From Treponema sp. OMZ 838 (GTDB lineage: Bacteria > Spirochaetota > Spirochaetia > Treponematales > Treponemataceae), in NCBI RefSeq assembly GCF_000775995.1, contig NZ_CP009227.1, forward strand, positions 1,902,296 to 1,966,295: a stretch of DNA of 64,000 nt, written 5' to 3'. Both the position numbers and the translations under genes were made by a program. The notes beneath the pieces are model-generated. The model saw nothing but the letters and a program-made list of their open reading frames with translations. It did no database searches and was not told where the DNA came from. Positions 17,458-28,091 of the stretch are shown here, in pieces (the stretch's first letter is position 1; the number at the start of each line of letters is the position of its first letter).

Positions 17458-19293
17458 GTGAAGAAACCTTTAATTATCTTTCTTTCAATCCTGTCTATTT
17501 TGTTCTTTTCAGCATGTAATAACAATTATCCCACGACCATCCCTGTTACGGGTATTGCATTTGAACCGGAACTTTCCACAAATCCAATTTCGCTTGCCAA
17601 GGATGAAACATATCAGCTTAATGCAAAGGCAAAGCCCGATAATGCAACGAATAAAAGGCTCGCCTATACTTCGGACAACCCAACTATTGCTTCCATCGAC
17701 GATAAAGGGTTGATTACCGCAAAAGCGGTTGGAAATGCACTCATTACCATAAAAGCAGCAGACGGTATTTCAAAAACGGTGAATCTGACTGTTACTCCGG
17801 AGCCGGTCCCGGTTACAAGCATTGTAATTGAGGGAACGACACCTGCCTCTTTATTTATCGGTCAAAGCTATAGAATCATGGCAAAAGCCCAACCTGATGA
17901 AGCAACGAATAAAGAGCTTTCCTACACCGCAGACAATAATAAAGCACATGTAACTTCCGATGGTACGGTAACCGCTCAATCGGAAGGGAGTGTAAACATA
18001 ACAGTAAAGTCCCAAAGCAATCCCGAAATTACAGCGACGGTTACTATCACTATAAAACAAAGACCCTCAATTGAACTGATAACAGAAGAAATTACGAGTG
18101 AAAGCAGTGAATCAAATCTGAATCTTGAAATAAAAACGCTCCATGGCAAGCTTTCATATACGCCTAAAATTGTTGGAGAAGGAAGCGGTTGGCTGAGCAT
18201 TATCAGTACAGACAACACTACAGATATGGAGAAAGATACCATATACCTAAAAGCTATTCAAAATAAAACTGTATGGAAGCGAACTGCCTATATTAACTTC
18301 GAGGATGGATCCAATCAAGTGATCAAAAATGCCAAGGGGGAAAAACTCGAAGTAAAAGTAGTTCAGAAAGAGAACGAGAACCCGAACGTAACAATAAAAT
18401 GGGTACACGGAATAGATGCTCCGACTGCAGATGAAAAAACAAAAATTGAAGTTCCTCATGTCGGTCAAGCTAAAAAATTTTATTGGAATGATGAAAATAT
18501 TTTCTTCTGGTATGAAAATGCGAATACGAAATGGTTCAACAATAGAAAGGCAAAGCCCGTAGGTGCAGTTGCTACCGACGGCGGCGATAGCAACCAATGC
18601 TGGGGTAAAACCGCTTCCAATATGCTGCATTGGTGGTTTGAGCAGAATGAAAACAATATAAATCAGTACATAGCAAAGAAAAATATAACAAGTCCTAAAA
18701 AGGATGAATATCAACATTTTTATTACCGGAATTTTTCCGGTAATCAAGAGCCGGAGAAAAGTTATATAGCAAAAACTTTCAGGACAAAGGCACATAACGG
18801 AGAGCTGGGGGGATATGTTATAAGCGGTCTTGCATGGTATCTCTACGGTAATACAAGTGCATCACACCCCAGCACCCCCACATACGAAGGACCTGCTTTA
18901 TTCAAAGATGTGTTTAGCAAAGAAGACACTCCTATTGAAGATAAAATTGTTATGAACAAAGTTGAGTTTGAAACAGTAATAACCGAAGCGCTTAATTCTA
19001 AAAAAGCAATCGGACTACACATGCGGGGTACAAAGGGCGGAAAAGATTATGGCCATGCAATAACACTTTGGGGTGCGGTCTTTGATGAAGAGGAAAATAT
19101 TATTGCAATCTATGTTGTTGACAATAATTATAAAGAAAACAGGATATTCCCTTATGGAATCTACTATAGAGATGGTCGCCCTTACATTTTTAACTATCCA
19201 AACAATGCATTCGCTACTGATAGGTATGTGGGTGAAGTAATTACCCTAGACAAAGCTGAAGCCCAGTGGCTGGATTGGCTGAGTAAACACTAG
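17458..19293 (+). CDS. lipoprotein with two Big_2 Ig-like domains and a C-terminal IdeS/Mac-1 (peptidase C66) cysteine protease domain (dentipain-like)
   Basis: GTG start after a GGAG RBS; lipobox LFFSAC. Big_2-like segments (ITAKAVGNALITIKAADGISKTVNLTV). The C-terminal region matches the IdeS catalytic-Cys region (CWGKTASNMLHWWFEQN vs IdeS CGAATAGNMLHWWFDQN) and the His region (HAITLWGAVFDEEENIIAIYVVDNN vs HVINLWGADFDSNGNLKAIYVTDSD). Confidence 0.8.
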   Translation: MKKPLIIFLSILSILFFSACNNNYPTTIPVTGIAFEPELSTNPISLAKDETYQLNAKAKPDNATNKRLAYTSDNPTIASIDDKGLITAKAVGNALITIKAADGISKTVNLTVTPEPVPVTSIVIEGTTPASLFIGQSYRIMAKAQPDEATNKELSYTADNNKAHVTSDGTVTAQSEGSVNITVKSQSNPEITATVTITIKQRPSIELITEEITSESSESNLNLEIKTLHGKLSYTPKIVGEGSGWLSIISTDNTTDMEKDTIYLKAIQNKTVWKRTAYINFEDGSNQVIKNAKGEKLEVKVVQKENENPNVTIKWVHGIDAPTADEKTKIEVPHVGQAKKFYWNDENIFFWYENANTKWFNNRKAKPVGAVATDGGDSNQCWGKTASNMLHWWFEQNENNINQYIAKKNITSPKKDEYQHFYYRNFSGNQEPEKSYIAKTFRTKAHNGELGGYVISGLAWYLYGNTSASHPSTPTYEGPALFKDVFSKEDTPIEDKIVMNKVEFETVITEALNSKKAIGLHMRGTKGGKDYGHAITLWGAVFDEEENIIAIYVVDNNYKENRIFPYGIYYRDGRPYIFNYPNNAFATDRYVGEVITLDKAEAQWLDWLSKH

Positions 19294-19316
19294 CCGACAA
19301 CTTTTATAAATAAGCT

Positions 19317-19355
19317 CTCAGCTGTAAAAAGTTCAGAAAGAGCTTTTTACAGCTG
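19317..19355. terminator. hairpin terminator CAGCTGTAAAAAG-(loop)-CTTTTTACAGCTG
   Basis: 13-bp perfect inverted repeat 24 nt after the stop of the IdeS-like gene; further hairpins at 19395-19445. Confidence 0.5.
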
Positions 19356-19594
19356 CGTAGTATGCAAATACATTAAAAACCGTACAGGATTTTGAACAAG
19401 CAGACACATTCATTATGAATGTGCCCGCTTTTTTTATGGGATGGGGTGTATCATAAAAATAAGCGGGGTACGACAACTTTCTATTTGACATTATAGCCAT
19501 ATCGTTTTATTCTAATAACGATTACTAATACGAAAATCGTCTAAGAGTAACCGCTTCTTTCGAACGATTCAGTATATAAAGGGATGAAAAAAGT

Positions 19595-20113
19595 ATGGCA
19601 ACAGAAACAAAAAATACGGAAGAATTGAATACCGCTTGGGTACAATGGGATAAAAAACTGGAACTCGGTATTCCGCGAATCGACAGTCAGCATCGTAAGC
19701 TGGTGGCAATGTGCAATGAGCTGCGTGAAGCGCTGATGAACCGTCAGAAACGGAGTAAAGATGAATGGCTGGTGACCGTAGGTAACGTACTGCGGCAAGC
19801 AGTAGACTATACTCAAACACACTTTATCGATGAAGAAAAATTGATGAAGGCGTGTGGCTTTTCCGGCTATGAAGCTCATAAACAGCGGCACAAGGAGTTT
19901 GTCCAAACAATTACTCGGGTATTGATGGACTTTGACGAAATGACCGTAACGATCGGTTTTGAGTTTGCCGACTACCTTAGGGATTGGATACTGTCGCATA
20001 TTGCTTACGAGGATAAGCAGTACTGTCCGGCTATGCGCTCCTTTTATCACACGTTGCAGGAATACAGCCAACAGAATCATACAGCCGATTCAACTGCCGG
20101 ACAGCAGCCTTAG
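19595..20113 (+). CDS. bacteriohemerythrin (hemerythrin-like metal-binding protein)
   Basis: His/Glu spacing of the hemerythrin HHE domain (H..KLV, HFIDEE, HKQRHKEF, SHIAYED). Confidence 0.8.
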   Translation: MATETKNTEELNTAWVQWDKKLELGIPRIDSQHRKLVAMCNELREALMNRQKRSKDEWLVTVGNVLRQAVDYTQTHFIDEEKLMKACGFSGYEAHKQRHKEFVQTITRVLMDFDEMTVTIGFEFADYLRDWILSHIAYEDKQYCPAMRSFYHTLQEYSQQNHTADSTAGQQP

Positions 20114-20253
20114 ATTAAATCCTTCGTACGAATAAAAAAATATTTATATATTGGCGATGCGACGTTTATATGCTATTATAAGACAGTAAAGGGAACTTCT
20201 AAAAAGCTTCAGTTTTTAGAAGTTTTCCTTAGATTTACTTGCGATGGAGATGT

Positions 20254-22311
20254 ATGAAATCATTCGTCCGAACGTTTGAACAGACAATTCCGCCTCGCGA
20301 TATGCAGCTCGGCGCTGTGTATGATGCCGCCGCTCAAAGCTGCCGTTTTTCTTTATGGGCGCCGACTTCCCGCGATGTGTCGGTAAACCTCTATCAAAAC
20401 GCCGGTGATTCATCGCCTGCTTTTACGCTTCCTCTTCGGTATGACGATGTAACCGGTCTGTGGTGCGGCATCTTTGCGGAACGGGATCCGGAACTGTTCT
20501 TTTACGATTACACGCTGACAAACGAAACGGGAACGCATACCGTGCTCGATCCGTACAGCCTCTCGATGGCGGCTTGTACCGGCAGCGGTGGTATCGGACG
20601 GGGCGCTATTATCAACCTGCAAAAAGAAACGCTCAAACCGGAGCGGGAATATCCGTATATCACCTTGCAAAAACGGGAGGATGCGATTATTTACGAAGTG
20701 TCCGTCCGCGATTTTACCGCAAGCCCCGACTCCGGCGTTAAAAATATCCCCGGTACGTATAAAGCCTTTATCGAAAAAATCCCCTATTTACGCGAATTGG
20801 GCATTACGCATATTCAGCTGATGCCGGTGCTGAACTTTTACTACACGGACGAGACAAATCAGCAGTATGAAGATGCCGGTACCGTGCATAACAACAACTA
20901 TAACTGGGGCTACGATCCGCACAACTATTTTACGCCCGAAGGCTGGTATGCAAGCGAGCCTGAAAATCCCGAAAGCCGCGTACGCGAATTGCGGGAGCTG
21001 ATTAATGAGTGCCATCGGGCAGGGCTCGGTGTAGTGCTCGACGTGGTGTATAATCATGTTGCGCGCACCGATCTTTTCGACGCGATTGTTCCGGGCTATT
21101 ATTTTCGGACAAATTCCGACGGCAGCTATACCAACGGCTCGTGCTGCGGGAACGATATTGCTTCGGAGCGGACGATGGTACGAAAGCTCATCGTAGATTC
21201 GGCGGTACACTGGGTTAAAAACTATAAGGCCGACGGCTTCCGGTTTGACCTGATGGGACTGCTCGATACCGAAACGGTGTTGGAGGCGTACAACCGCTGC
21301 AAGGAACTCAATCCGTCGGTGCTGTTTATCGGGGAAGGCTGGAAGATGTATAACGGAGCCGAAGGTACCGTCGGTATGGATCAGCGGTACATGACCGAAA
21401 CCGACAGCGTTGCCGTCTTTAACGATGAGTTTCGCGATTTGGTGAAAGCAGGCGGTGTGAATGAGGAAGGAAAGGGCTTTTTAACCGGCGGCAACGTCGA
21501 TCTTAGACAGCTCTTTTGCAACTGTATCGGTTTGCCTCAGTGCAATTACACCGCCGATAGCCCGGGTGATAACGTACAGTACCTTGTTTGCCACGACGGG
21601 CTTACGCTGCACGACTGCATCGCTCATAATGCAGGGCTTGATGAACGTATCCCCTCGCAACGGCAGGAGCTGATTGCCCGTATCAAACTCGGCAACGCGC
21701 TGGCGCTTACCTGTCAAGGGATCGCATTCTTACACGCCGGACAGGAGCGGGGTCGTACTAAGCCGAATGTGCACGGAGCGGCGGAAGAATGTACCGGTGC
21801 TTTTGTCCGCAACAGCTATGACGCTTCGGACAGCGTTAACCGCATTGTATGGACGCTCGATGAAGATTACGCTGAGCTGCTCGCATACACGCGCGGGCTT
21901 ATCGCGTTGCGGAAACGGTTTGACGTGTTTAAAATAGGAAATGCCGGACGCATTGCACAAGTCGCCGCGTTTTTGCCCGCAGAAGACGCAGCGGTTGCTG
22001 CATCGGGGGATTGCAGCGGTAACCGATGTGCCGTAAAGAGTGATGCCGGAGCATTGTCCGAAACGGAGAAGCAGTACGGGCAGGCATTCGGGTACACACT
22101 TGACTGGACGGACGGCACGTGGTTTTTGTTGTTTAATGCCGCGGGAACGGAACACTGTTTTACACTTGGCGGCGCATTACAAAAGCCTGTGGTTTTTGTC
22201 GACGGAGCGGCGGCATCGCCGGACGGTATTACACATCCGTCCGGTATACGATTTGAGCAAAACCGGATCATACTAGATCCGTACACTGCGGCTATTGTTC
22301 GCAGTAAATAG
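20254..22311 (+). CDS. type I pullulanase (GH13, alpha-1,6-glucosidase)
   Basis: GH13 catalytic regions VVLDVVYNH, DGFRFDLMG and YLVCHD. Start taken at MKSFVRT after a GGAG RBS; the listed ORF begins 15 nt earlier. Confidence 0.85.
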   Translation: MKSFVRTFEQTIPPRDMQLGAVYDAAAQSCRFSLWAPTSRDVSVNLYQNAGDSSPAFTLPLRYDDVTGLWCGIFAERDPELFFYDYTLTNETGTHTVLDPYSLSMAACTGSGGIGRGAIINLQKETLKPEREYPYITLQKREDAIIYEVSVRDFTASPDSGVKNIPGTYKAFIEKIPYLRELGITHIQLMPVLNFYYTDETNQQYEDAGTVHNNNYNWGYDPHNYFTPEGWYASEPENPESRVRELRELINECHRAGLGVVLDVVYNHVARTDLFDAIVPGYYFRTNSDGSYTNGSCCGNDIASERTMVRKLIVDSAVHWVKNYKADGFRFDLMGLLDTETVLEAYNRCKELNPSVLFIGEGWKMYNGAEGTVGMDQRYMTETDSVAVFNDEFRDLVKAGGVNEEGKGFLTGGNVDLRQLFCNCIGLPQCNYTADSPGDNVQYLVCHDGLTLHDCIAHNAGLDERIPSQRQELIARIKLGNALALTCQGIAFLHAGQERGRTKPNVHGAAEECTGAFVRNSYDASDSVNRIVWTLDEDYAELLAYTRGLIALRKRFDVFKIGNAGRIAQVAAFLPAEDAAVAASGDCSGNRCAVKSDAGALSETEKQYGQAFGYTLDWTDGTWFLLFNAAGTEHCFTLGGALQKPVVFVDGAAASPDGITHPSGIRFEQNRIILDPYTAAIVRSK

Positions 22312-22341
22312 ATTTTTTTCATAACAGACTGGAGGTGTTAT

Positions 22342-23571
22342 ATGAAAAAAGCAATTATAAGGCTTTCTGCCTGTGTATCATTGATGCTTCTTCTTGCTCT
22401 TACGAGCTGCGGCGGAGGTTCCGAGAAGAAGGACGATAAAGCCGGCGCTATGAAAGGCGAAACGGTTACCATCAAAATATGGGAATCCGAAGGCCCCGAA
22501 AAAGATTTTATGCTGTTTGCTGCGGAAGAATACAAGAAAACGCATCCGAACGTATCCTTTGTGTATGAACCGGTTCAGTCGACCGATGCGCGCACAAAGA
22601 TCGAAATGGACGGCCCCGCAGGTGTAGGCGCAGATATCTTTGTTGCACCGCACGACCATATCGGCGCCCTTGTCGCAGGCGGTCATATTCTCCCCTTTGA
22701 CGATGCGTCCATCCTCGACAACTTTATTCCCGCTGCATTGACATCCGCCGCGTATGAGGGAAAAAACTACGGGTATCCGCTTGCAATCGAAACCTACGCA
22801 TTGTTCTATAATAAAGACCTTCTACCGGAAGCCCCCAAGACATGGGACGCGGTGGAAGCATTTGCAAAGACGTGGAACGATAAAGCTCAAAATAAATATG
22901 CATTGGTCTGGGGTGTCGGAAACGCATACTTTAACTATATTTTTATGAGCGGTTTCGGCGCACCGCTTTTCGGCCCGAACGGCGATGATCCCAAACAGCA
23001 CAACGTCAATAGCCCCAATGCTATTACCGGCTTAACCTATTTCCAGAGCCTTCGCAAGAAGATGCTCGATGTTCCGTCAGGCGACATTACCGATGATTTC
23101 TGCAATTCCTCGTTTACGGAAGGTAAAGCCGCGATGATTATTACCGGCCCGTGGAAGATCTCCGATTTTTCAAAAACAGGCCTTAACTACGGTATTGCAC
23201 CCATTCCGGTCTTCCCCGGCATGACCAATCCTCCGGCATCGTTCTCCGGTCTTCGCATGGCCTTTGTCAGCGCTTACAGTGATCATCCGGCGGAAGCGCA
23301 AGACTTTGCAAAATTCCTTACTTCAAAGCCGATATTGGAAAAACGGTATGAAATGACCAAGCAAATTCCGCCCCGCTCCGATATCACCATCAGCGATCCG
23401 TTAAGCCAAGGTATTTTAGCGCAGGCGCAATACGCAACACCGATGCCCACCATTCCCGAAATGGGCAAATACTGGTCTGCAATGAATGCAACTTTTACGA
23501 ATATCTGGGACGGCGGCAATGTTACGGAAAAACTGAATGCTGCTGCGGCTACAATGGAGACGATACAATAG
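22342..23571 (+). CDS. maltose/maltodextrin ABC transporter substrate-binding lipoprotein (SBP family 1, MalE-like)
   Basis: Lipobox LALTSCGGG, SBP_bac_1 architecture, and a position between two GH13 genes and malFG. Confidence 0.85.
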   Translation: MKKAIIRLSACVSLMLLLALTSCGGGSEKKDDKAGAMKGETVTIKIWESEGPEKDFMLFAAEEYKKTHPNVSFVYEPVQSTDARTKIEMDGPAGVGADIFVAPHDHIGALVAGGHILPFDDASILDNFIPAALTSAAYEGKNYGYPLAIETYALFYNKDLLPEAPKTWDAVEAFAKTWNDKAQNKYALVWGVGNAYFNYIFMSGFGAPLFGPNGDDPKQHNVNSPNAITGLTYFQSLRKKMLDVPSGDITDDFCNSSFTEGKAAMIITGPWKISDFSKTGLNYGIAPIPVFPGMTNPPASFSGLRMAFVSAYSDHPAEAQDFAKFLTSKPILEKRYEMTKQIPPRSDITISDPLSQGILAQAQYATPMPTIPEMGKYWSAMNATFTNIWDGGNVTEKLNAAAATMETIQ

Positions 23572-23687
23572 GGTATTGGGGCTGTCCAAAAACTGAAAGC
23601 CTATCGACTTTTTCTGTAAGGAAATTATTCGTTATATCCGCTAAAGTGAATTGCGAAACAGTTTTTGGACAGTTTCCTTGGATATAG

Positions 23688-25598
23688 GTGCTTGGTATGC
23701 AGTTTTCGGCAATAGAACATCGCAGTACGGATAATTTTTGTTATCCCCTCAATGAAAATGAGCTCATGATCGGCATTAAAACCGGCAGCGACATACGGCG
23801 TGTATTTATTATCTACGGAGATCCGTTCGACGGTTCGGTAACACCGGACGGCTGGGCATGGGAAGGCAAACGGCAGGAAATCACTCGCAAAAAAGATCTT
23901 CCGTATCATACATGGTGGCAGGTAACGGTTACGCTTCCTTATGGACGGTGTAAATACTGCTTTGAACTGCACGGTCAAGATGAAGGCGATGTCCGCTACT
24001 GTCTGGAAAACGGGTTTTACACGGCAGAGGAGCTTGTTACGCTGCGCCGAATAACCGGTAATTTTCCCGGTTTTGAGTTTCCGTGGCTGGACGGCGCCGA
24101 ATGCGTCCGCGTACCGGATTGGGTACCCCGCACGGTGTGGTATCAAATTTTTCCCGATCGGTTTTGCAGGGATACCGCTTCGCAGAAACCGAATGCTTTG
24201 CCGTGGCCCGCTGCCGAGGATGCCGTTACCAACAATGAACACTATGGCGGTACGCTTCGGGGTATTATCGAAAAGCTCGACTATCTTGCCGATTTGAACA
24301 TTACCGGTTTATATCTTAATCCGGTTAATGCTTCGCCGAGTGTGCATAAGTATGATACATCCGATTATTTGAATATCGATCCTGCATTCGGTACTGCGGA
24401 AGACTTATGCATGTTGGTGAAAGAAGCCCATGCACGCGGTATAAAAGTGATGCTGGACGGTGTCTTTAACCACTGCGGCTGGGACTTTGCACTGTGGCAG
24501 GATGTTGTCCGCAACGGAAAAGCCTCGCCGTATTTCGATTGGTTTATCGTACAAGAATGGCCGTTTGAAACCGTTGCAGAACCGGAATGTGAAGCCGCCG
24601 CGAGCCGACCGTCCGGTACAAACGGAAAAAGCGGACGATACAGCGTTTTTGCGTATGTCGATACGATGCCAAAGCTGAATACCAATAATCCTGCCGTCAT
24701 CGATTATCTGCTGAACGTATGCGAAACATGGGTGCGCAGTTATGATATTGACGGGCTCCGGCTCGATGTTGCGAATGAGCTTTCGCACACATTTTGCAGG
24801 CAGCTTTATCGGCGGATGCGCAGTCTTAAAAAAGGCTTTTACCTGCTCGGTGAAATATGGCGCAGTGCCTTGCCGTGGCTGCGCGGCGGCGAGTTGGATT
24901 CGGTAATGAATTATCCGCTCGCGCTGTGCTTTTGGAAATTCTTTTACGATAAAACGCTGCCTGCCCTGACTTTGGAGCAGGACATAAACGCTGTTTTTAC
25001 GGCCTATCCCGAACCTGTTACCGTAGGCCTGTTTAATCTGCTGGACTCCCATGATACGCCGCGCCTTTTTACCCGCAACGGCGGCGATGTGTCCGCCGTA
25101 TGGCAGCAATACGCCCTGCTGTTGAGCCTGCCCGGTTCGCCGTGTATCTATTACGGCAGCGAGGTTTTGCTTGCAGGCGGAAATGATCCCGATTGCCGCC
25201 GCTGTATGCCGTGGCAGGCTATCGAAGCAGGTGAATACGCCGAACCGATGAGCATGATGCGGCAGTTGATTGCTTTGCGCTATACGCATCCGGCAATGAC
25301 CGCTTCCGGTTACTCATATCTGCATGACGTGCCGCTTACCGAAAGCGAACCGAATAGAATTATTCATTTGCAAAAGTATGCCGAAACGGTAGAACCTGCG
25401 GAAACTACGGAGACCGTTGAAAGCGCGGAAATTCCGATTACGCGGAGCATAGACCTCATTCTCAATTGCGGTACGGCTCCGGTATCAATCGCACAGGTAA
25501 TAGATGAAAAGGCACGGGTATACCTCTCCCTGCGCTGCAGGGATAAAACGGTACAGCCCGGCGGCTTTATCTTTTTTGAACACCTCATCAACCGATGA
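23688..25598 (+). CDS. GH13 neopullulanase / cyclomaltodextrinase / maltogenic amylase family enzyme
   Basis: N-terminal domain followed by GH13 regions DGVFNHCG, GLRLDVANE, GEIW and LLDSHDTPR. Confidence 0.85.
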   Translation: MLGMQFSAIEHRSTDNFCYPLNENELMIGIKTGSDIRRVFIIYGDPFDGSVTPDGWAWEGKRQEITRKKDLPYHTWWQVTVTLPYGRCKYCFELHGQDEGDVRYCLENGFYTAEELVTLRRITGNFPGFEFPWLDGAECVRVPDWVPRTVWYQIFPDRFCRDTASQKPNALPWPAAEDAVTNNEHYGGTLRGIIEKLDYLADLNITGLYLNPVNASPSVHKYDTSDYLNIDPAFGTAEDLCMLVKEAHARGIKVMLDGVFNHCGWDFALWQDVVRNGKASPYFDWFIVQEWPFETVAEPECEAAASRPSGTNGKSGRYSVFAYVDTMPKLNTNNPAVIDYLLNVCETWVRSYDIDGLRLDVANELSHTFCRQLYRRMRSLKKGFYLLGEIWRSALPWLRGGELDSVMNYPLALCFWKFFYDKTLPALTLEQDINAVFTAYPEPVTVGLFNLLDSHDTPRLFTRNGGDVSAVWQQYALLLSLPGSPCIYYGSEVLLAGGNDPDCRRCMPWQAIEAGEYAEPMSMMRQLIALRYTHPAMTASGYSYLHDVPLTESEPNRIIHLQKYAETVEPAETTETVESAEIPITRSIDLILNCGTAPVSIAQVIDEKARVYLSLRCRDKTVQPGGFIFFEHLINR

Positions 25599-25599
25599 A

Positions 25600-25780
25600 C
25601 TTCCGTGTACATCGGTTGATGGCGAATTTTGGCAATGCCAAAATATCGCTTCTGTTATAACCACCGCCATCCGTGGCGGTAAAGTTTGCGGTGCAAACTC
25701 GATTATTTACGGGTGCGCCGTCCTGAACTTCGGAGCAAAGCTCCTCGTTGCAGGACATGCGCACGGCTAAAAACTTTTTC
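25600..25780. repeat. partial copy (copy C) of the hairpin repeat family
   Basis: Contains AACCACCGCCATCCGTGGCGGT plus the hairpins ATTTTGGCA-ATGCC-AAAAT and GTTTGCGGTGCAAAC. Confidence 0.5.
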
Positions 25781-25824
25781 GGATGTTTAAACATCCTGCA
25801 AAAGTTTTTATAGGAGGAGTTTTA

Positions 25825-27207
25825 ATGGCTACAACGACCTTACAAGGCGCTGCCGTTATCGACAAATCAATTATCAAAAAGACATCAACCGCATCGACGT
25901 GCTTTATGGGGCTCGGTCAGATTCTCTATTTAAAGCAATACGTGCGCGGCGCCTTTTTCGCTTTGATGGAATTGGCGGTCTTATTTTTGATCTTTTTTGA
26001 TCAGACGGTTATGCAGTTCAATGGAAAAGGCCCTATCGTGCGGAGTCTGATCGGCCTTATCACACTCGGAGATGAAAAACCGAATGTCCCCATCAAGATG
26101 AAGGATCATTCCATCTTCATGATGATCGGCGGTCTTATCACCGTATTGCTGCTCGTCGTGTTTATCTGCGTGTATGTCGCGAACGTGATCACTGCGAAAA
26201 AAACGGCAGCATATATCGTCGAAAAGCAGCGTTATCCATCCGTTGAGGAAGCCCGCAAGAAGTTTGTCGAATCGGCGTTTCCGTATCTCGGATTGAGCCC
26301 TGCGATCCTGTTGATGCTGTTTTTCACTGTTTTGCCGCTCATCTTTTCGGCGCTGGTCGCCTTTACGAATTACTCATCGCCCAAGCACATTCCGCCGAAC
26401 AACCTTGTCGACTGGGTCGGTTTTGAAAACTTTATCACGATGTTTAATTCAAAGATGGCAAACAGCTGGTTCTCCGCCTTCGGGCGCGTCGCTCTGTGGA
26501 CGGTTATCTGGGCATTCTTTGCAACCACAACCTGTTACTTTACCGGTATGATCTTCGCGGTTATCCTCGTCGACAAGCGCATCAAGCTGCCGAAATTCTT
26601 CCGAACCGTGTTTATCCTACCATATGCTATTCCGGTTATGCTGAGTTTGTTCATTTGGGCGAACCTTTTAAACGGAACATTCGGCCCCATCAACCGCTCG
26701 CTGATGCAGTTCGGTCTTTTGAGTGAACCGATTAAGTGGCTTTCCGACCCGTTTATGGCAAAGATTACGATGCTGTTGGTCAATATTTGGATCGGTTTTC
26801 CATATAGTATGATATTGATTACCAGCAATATGACGGCCATCCCTGCGGATATTTATGAGGCGGCAACCATCGACGGTGCGAATAAATTGCAGCAATTCTT
26901 CCGCATCACCCTTCCGTTGGTGTTGTTCCAAACGATGCCCATTCTCATTATGCAGTTTGCTGCCAATATCAACAACTTCGGTGCGGTATTCTTCCTTACT
27001 GCCGGCGGTCCGAATCTTGACGACAGTATTCAGACAAAGGCGGGCGCAACCGATCTGTTGATTTCGTGGATTTATAAACTCACGTATGATACGCCGACTT
27101 TGTATAACCTTGCCTCGGTACTTTCCATCCTCGTGTTTGTCGTGCTGGTGCCGTTCGCAGTCTATAATTTTACGCATACCAAGGCGTTTAAAGAAGGAGA
27201 ACTGTAA
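25825..27207 (+). CDS. malF: maltodextrin ABC transporter permease MalF-like (long N-terminal extension)
   Basis: BPD_transp_1 permease with the EAA loop region (EAATIDGANKLQQFFRITLP). Start at MATTTLQG after a TAGGAGGAG RBS. Confidence 0.85.
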   Translation: MATTTLQGAAVIDKSIIKKTSTASTCFMGLGQILYLKQYVRGAFFALMELAVLFLIFFDQTVMQFNGKGPIVRSLIGLITLGDEKPNVPIKMKDHSIFMMIGGLITVLLLVVFICVYVANVITAKKTAAYIVEKQRYPSVEEARKKFVESAFPYLGLSPAILLMLFFTVLPLIFSALVAFTNYSSPKHIPPNNLVDWVGFENFITMFNSKMANSWFSAFGRVALWTVIWAFFATTTCYFTGMIFAVILVDKRIKLPKFFRTVFILPYAIPVMLSLFIWANLLNGTFGPINRSLMQFGLLSEPIKWLSDPFMAKITMLLVNIWIGFPYSMILITSNMTAIPADIYEAATIDGANKLQQFFRITLPLVLFQTMPILIMQFAANINNFGAVFFLTAGGPNLDDSIQTKAGATDLLISWIYKLTYDTPTLYNLASVLSILVFVVLVPFAVYNFTHTKAFKEGEL

Positions 27208-28091
27208 TGAAAAAGCATTCTCTGAGTACCATACTGGTGCTGATTATCCTGTATACCGTCCTTATTTCGACGGTGCTCTTTGTCCTCTATCCCGTTGCCT
27301 TTACCGTCGGCGCGGCGTTTACCAAAACCAATTCGTTGGCGGCAACAAGCATTTCTCCTATTCCCAAGGAACCGTCGGTGTATCAGTTTAAACGGCTTTT
27401 AACACCTGCCGACAAAATCGTCGAAGGTACAACCGATGTACGTGGTACAAACTACGTTAAATGGTACGGAAATACCCTCAAAATTGCGGTGTTCAATGTT
27501 CTTTTGACCTTGGCTGTCTGTGTAACCGCCGCCTATATCTTTTCCCGGTTTAGGTTCCCGCTGCGGAAGCCGCTGCTCGCTTCTATGATTGTGCTGCAGA
27601 TGTTCCCAAGCTTTATCGGAATGGTTGCAACGTATGTACTGCTATGGAAGATAAACGGCTTAAATACCCATTGGGGACTCCTTTTGGTATATGCGGCGGG
27701 CAGTGTGCCTTTTAACGTATGGCTGATGAAAGGCTATTTTGATACGGTGCCGAAAAGCGTTGAAGAAGCCGCCCATGTCGACGGTGCCGGTTCGTTTACC
27801 ACATACGTGAAAATCGTACTGCCGATGGTAAAGCCGATGATTATGTTCCTTGCGCTTACCAGCTTTACCGCACCGTGGATGGACTTTATCTTCCCGCGCC
27901 TTATTTTGCGCAGCGATGATAAAAAGACCTTGGCACTCGGCCTTTTCGAGCTGATTAACGGCCGCGCAAACGATAACTTTACGATGTTTGCTGCAGGCGC
28001 GCTGCTCGTAGCAGTGCCCTTTACGCTGCTGTTTATGGCAGGACAGAAATTCCTATTAAAGTCCCTTGCCGCCGGAGCGGTAAAAGAGTAG
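27207..28091 (+). CDS. malG: maltodextrin ABC transporter permease MalG-like
   Basis: EAA loop (EEAAHVDGAGSFTTYVKIVLPMVKP); translationally coupled to malF (ATGA overlap). Confidence 0.9.
   Translation: MKKHSLSTILVLIILYTVLISTVLFVLYPVAFTVGAAFTKTNSLAATSISPIPKEPSVYQFKRLLTPADKIVEGTTDVRGTNYVKWYGNTLKIAVFNVLLTLAVCVTAAYIFSRFRFPLRKPLLASMIVLQMFPSFIGMVATYVLLWKINGLNTHWGLLLVYAAGSVPFNVWLMKGYFDTVPKSVEEAAHVDGAGSFTTYVKIVLPMVKPMIMFLALTSFTAPWMDFIFPRLILRSDDKKTLALGLFELINGRANDNFTMFAAGALLVAVPFTLLFMAGQKFLLKSLAAGAVKE

Noticed and set aside
18247-18795. 182-aa ORF antisense within the IdeS-like gene
   Set aside because: It lies entirely inside a well-supported CDS on the opposite strand. It is Leu/Phe/Ile-rich low-complexity translation typical of antisense frames.
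19541-20080. 179-aa ORF antisense to the hemerythrin gene
   Set aside because: It overlaps a CDS with a strong domain signature and has no motif of its own.
24405-25289. 294-aa ORF antisense inside the GH13 neopullulanase gene
   Set aside because: It is antisense to a gene with clear catalytic motifs and has an Arg/Gln-rich spurious composition.
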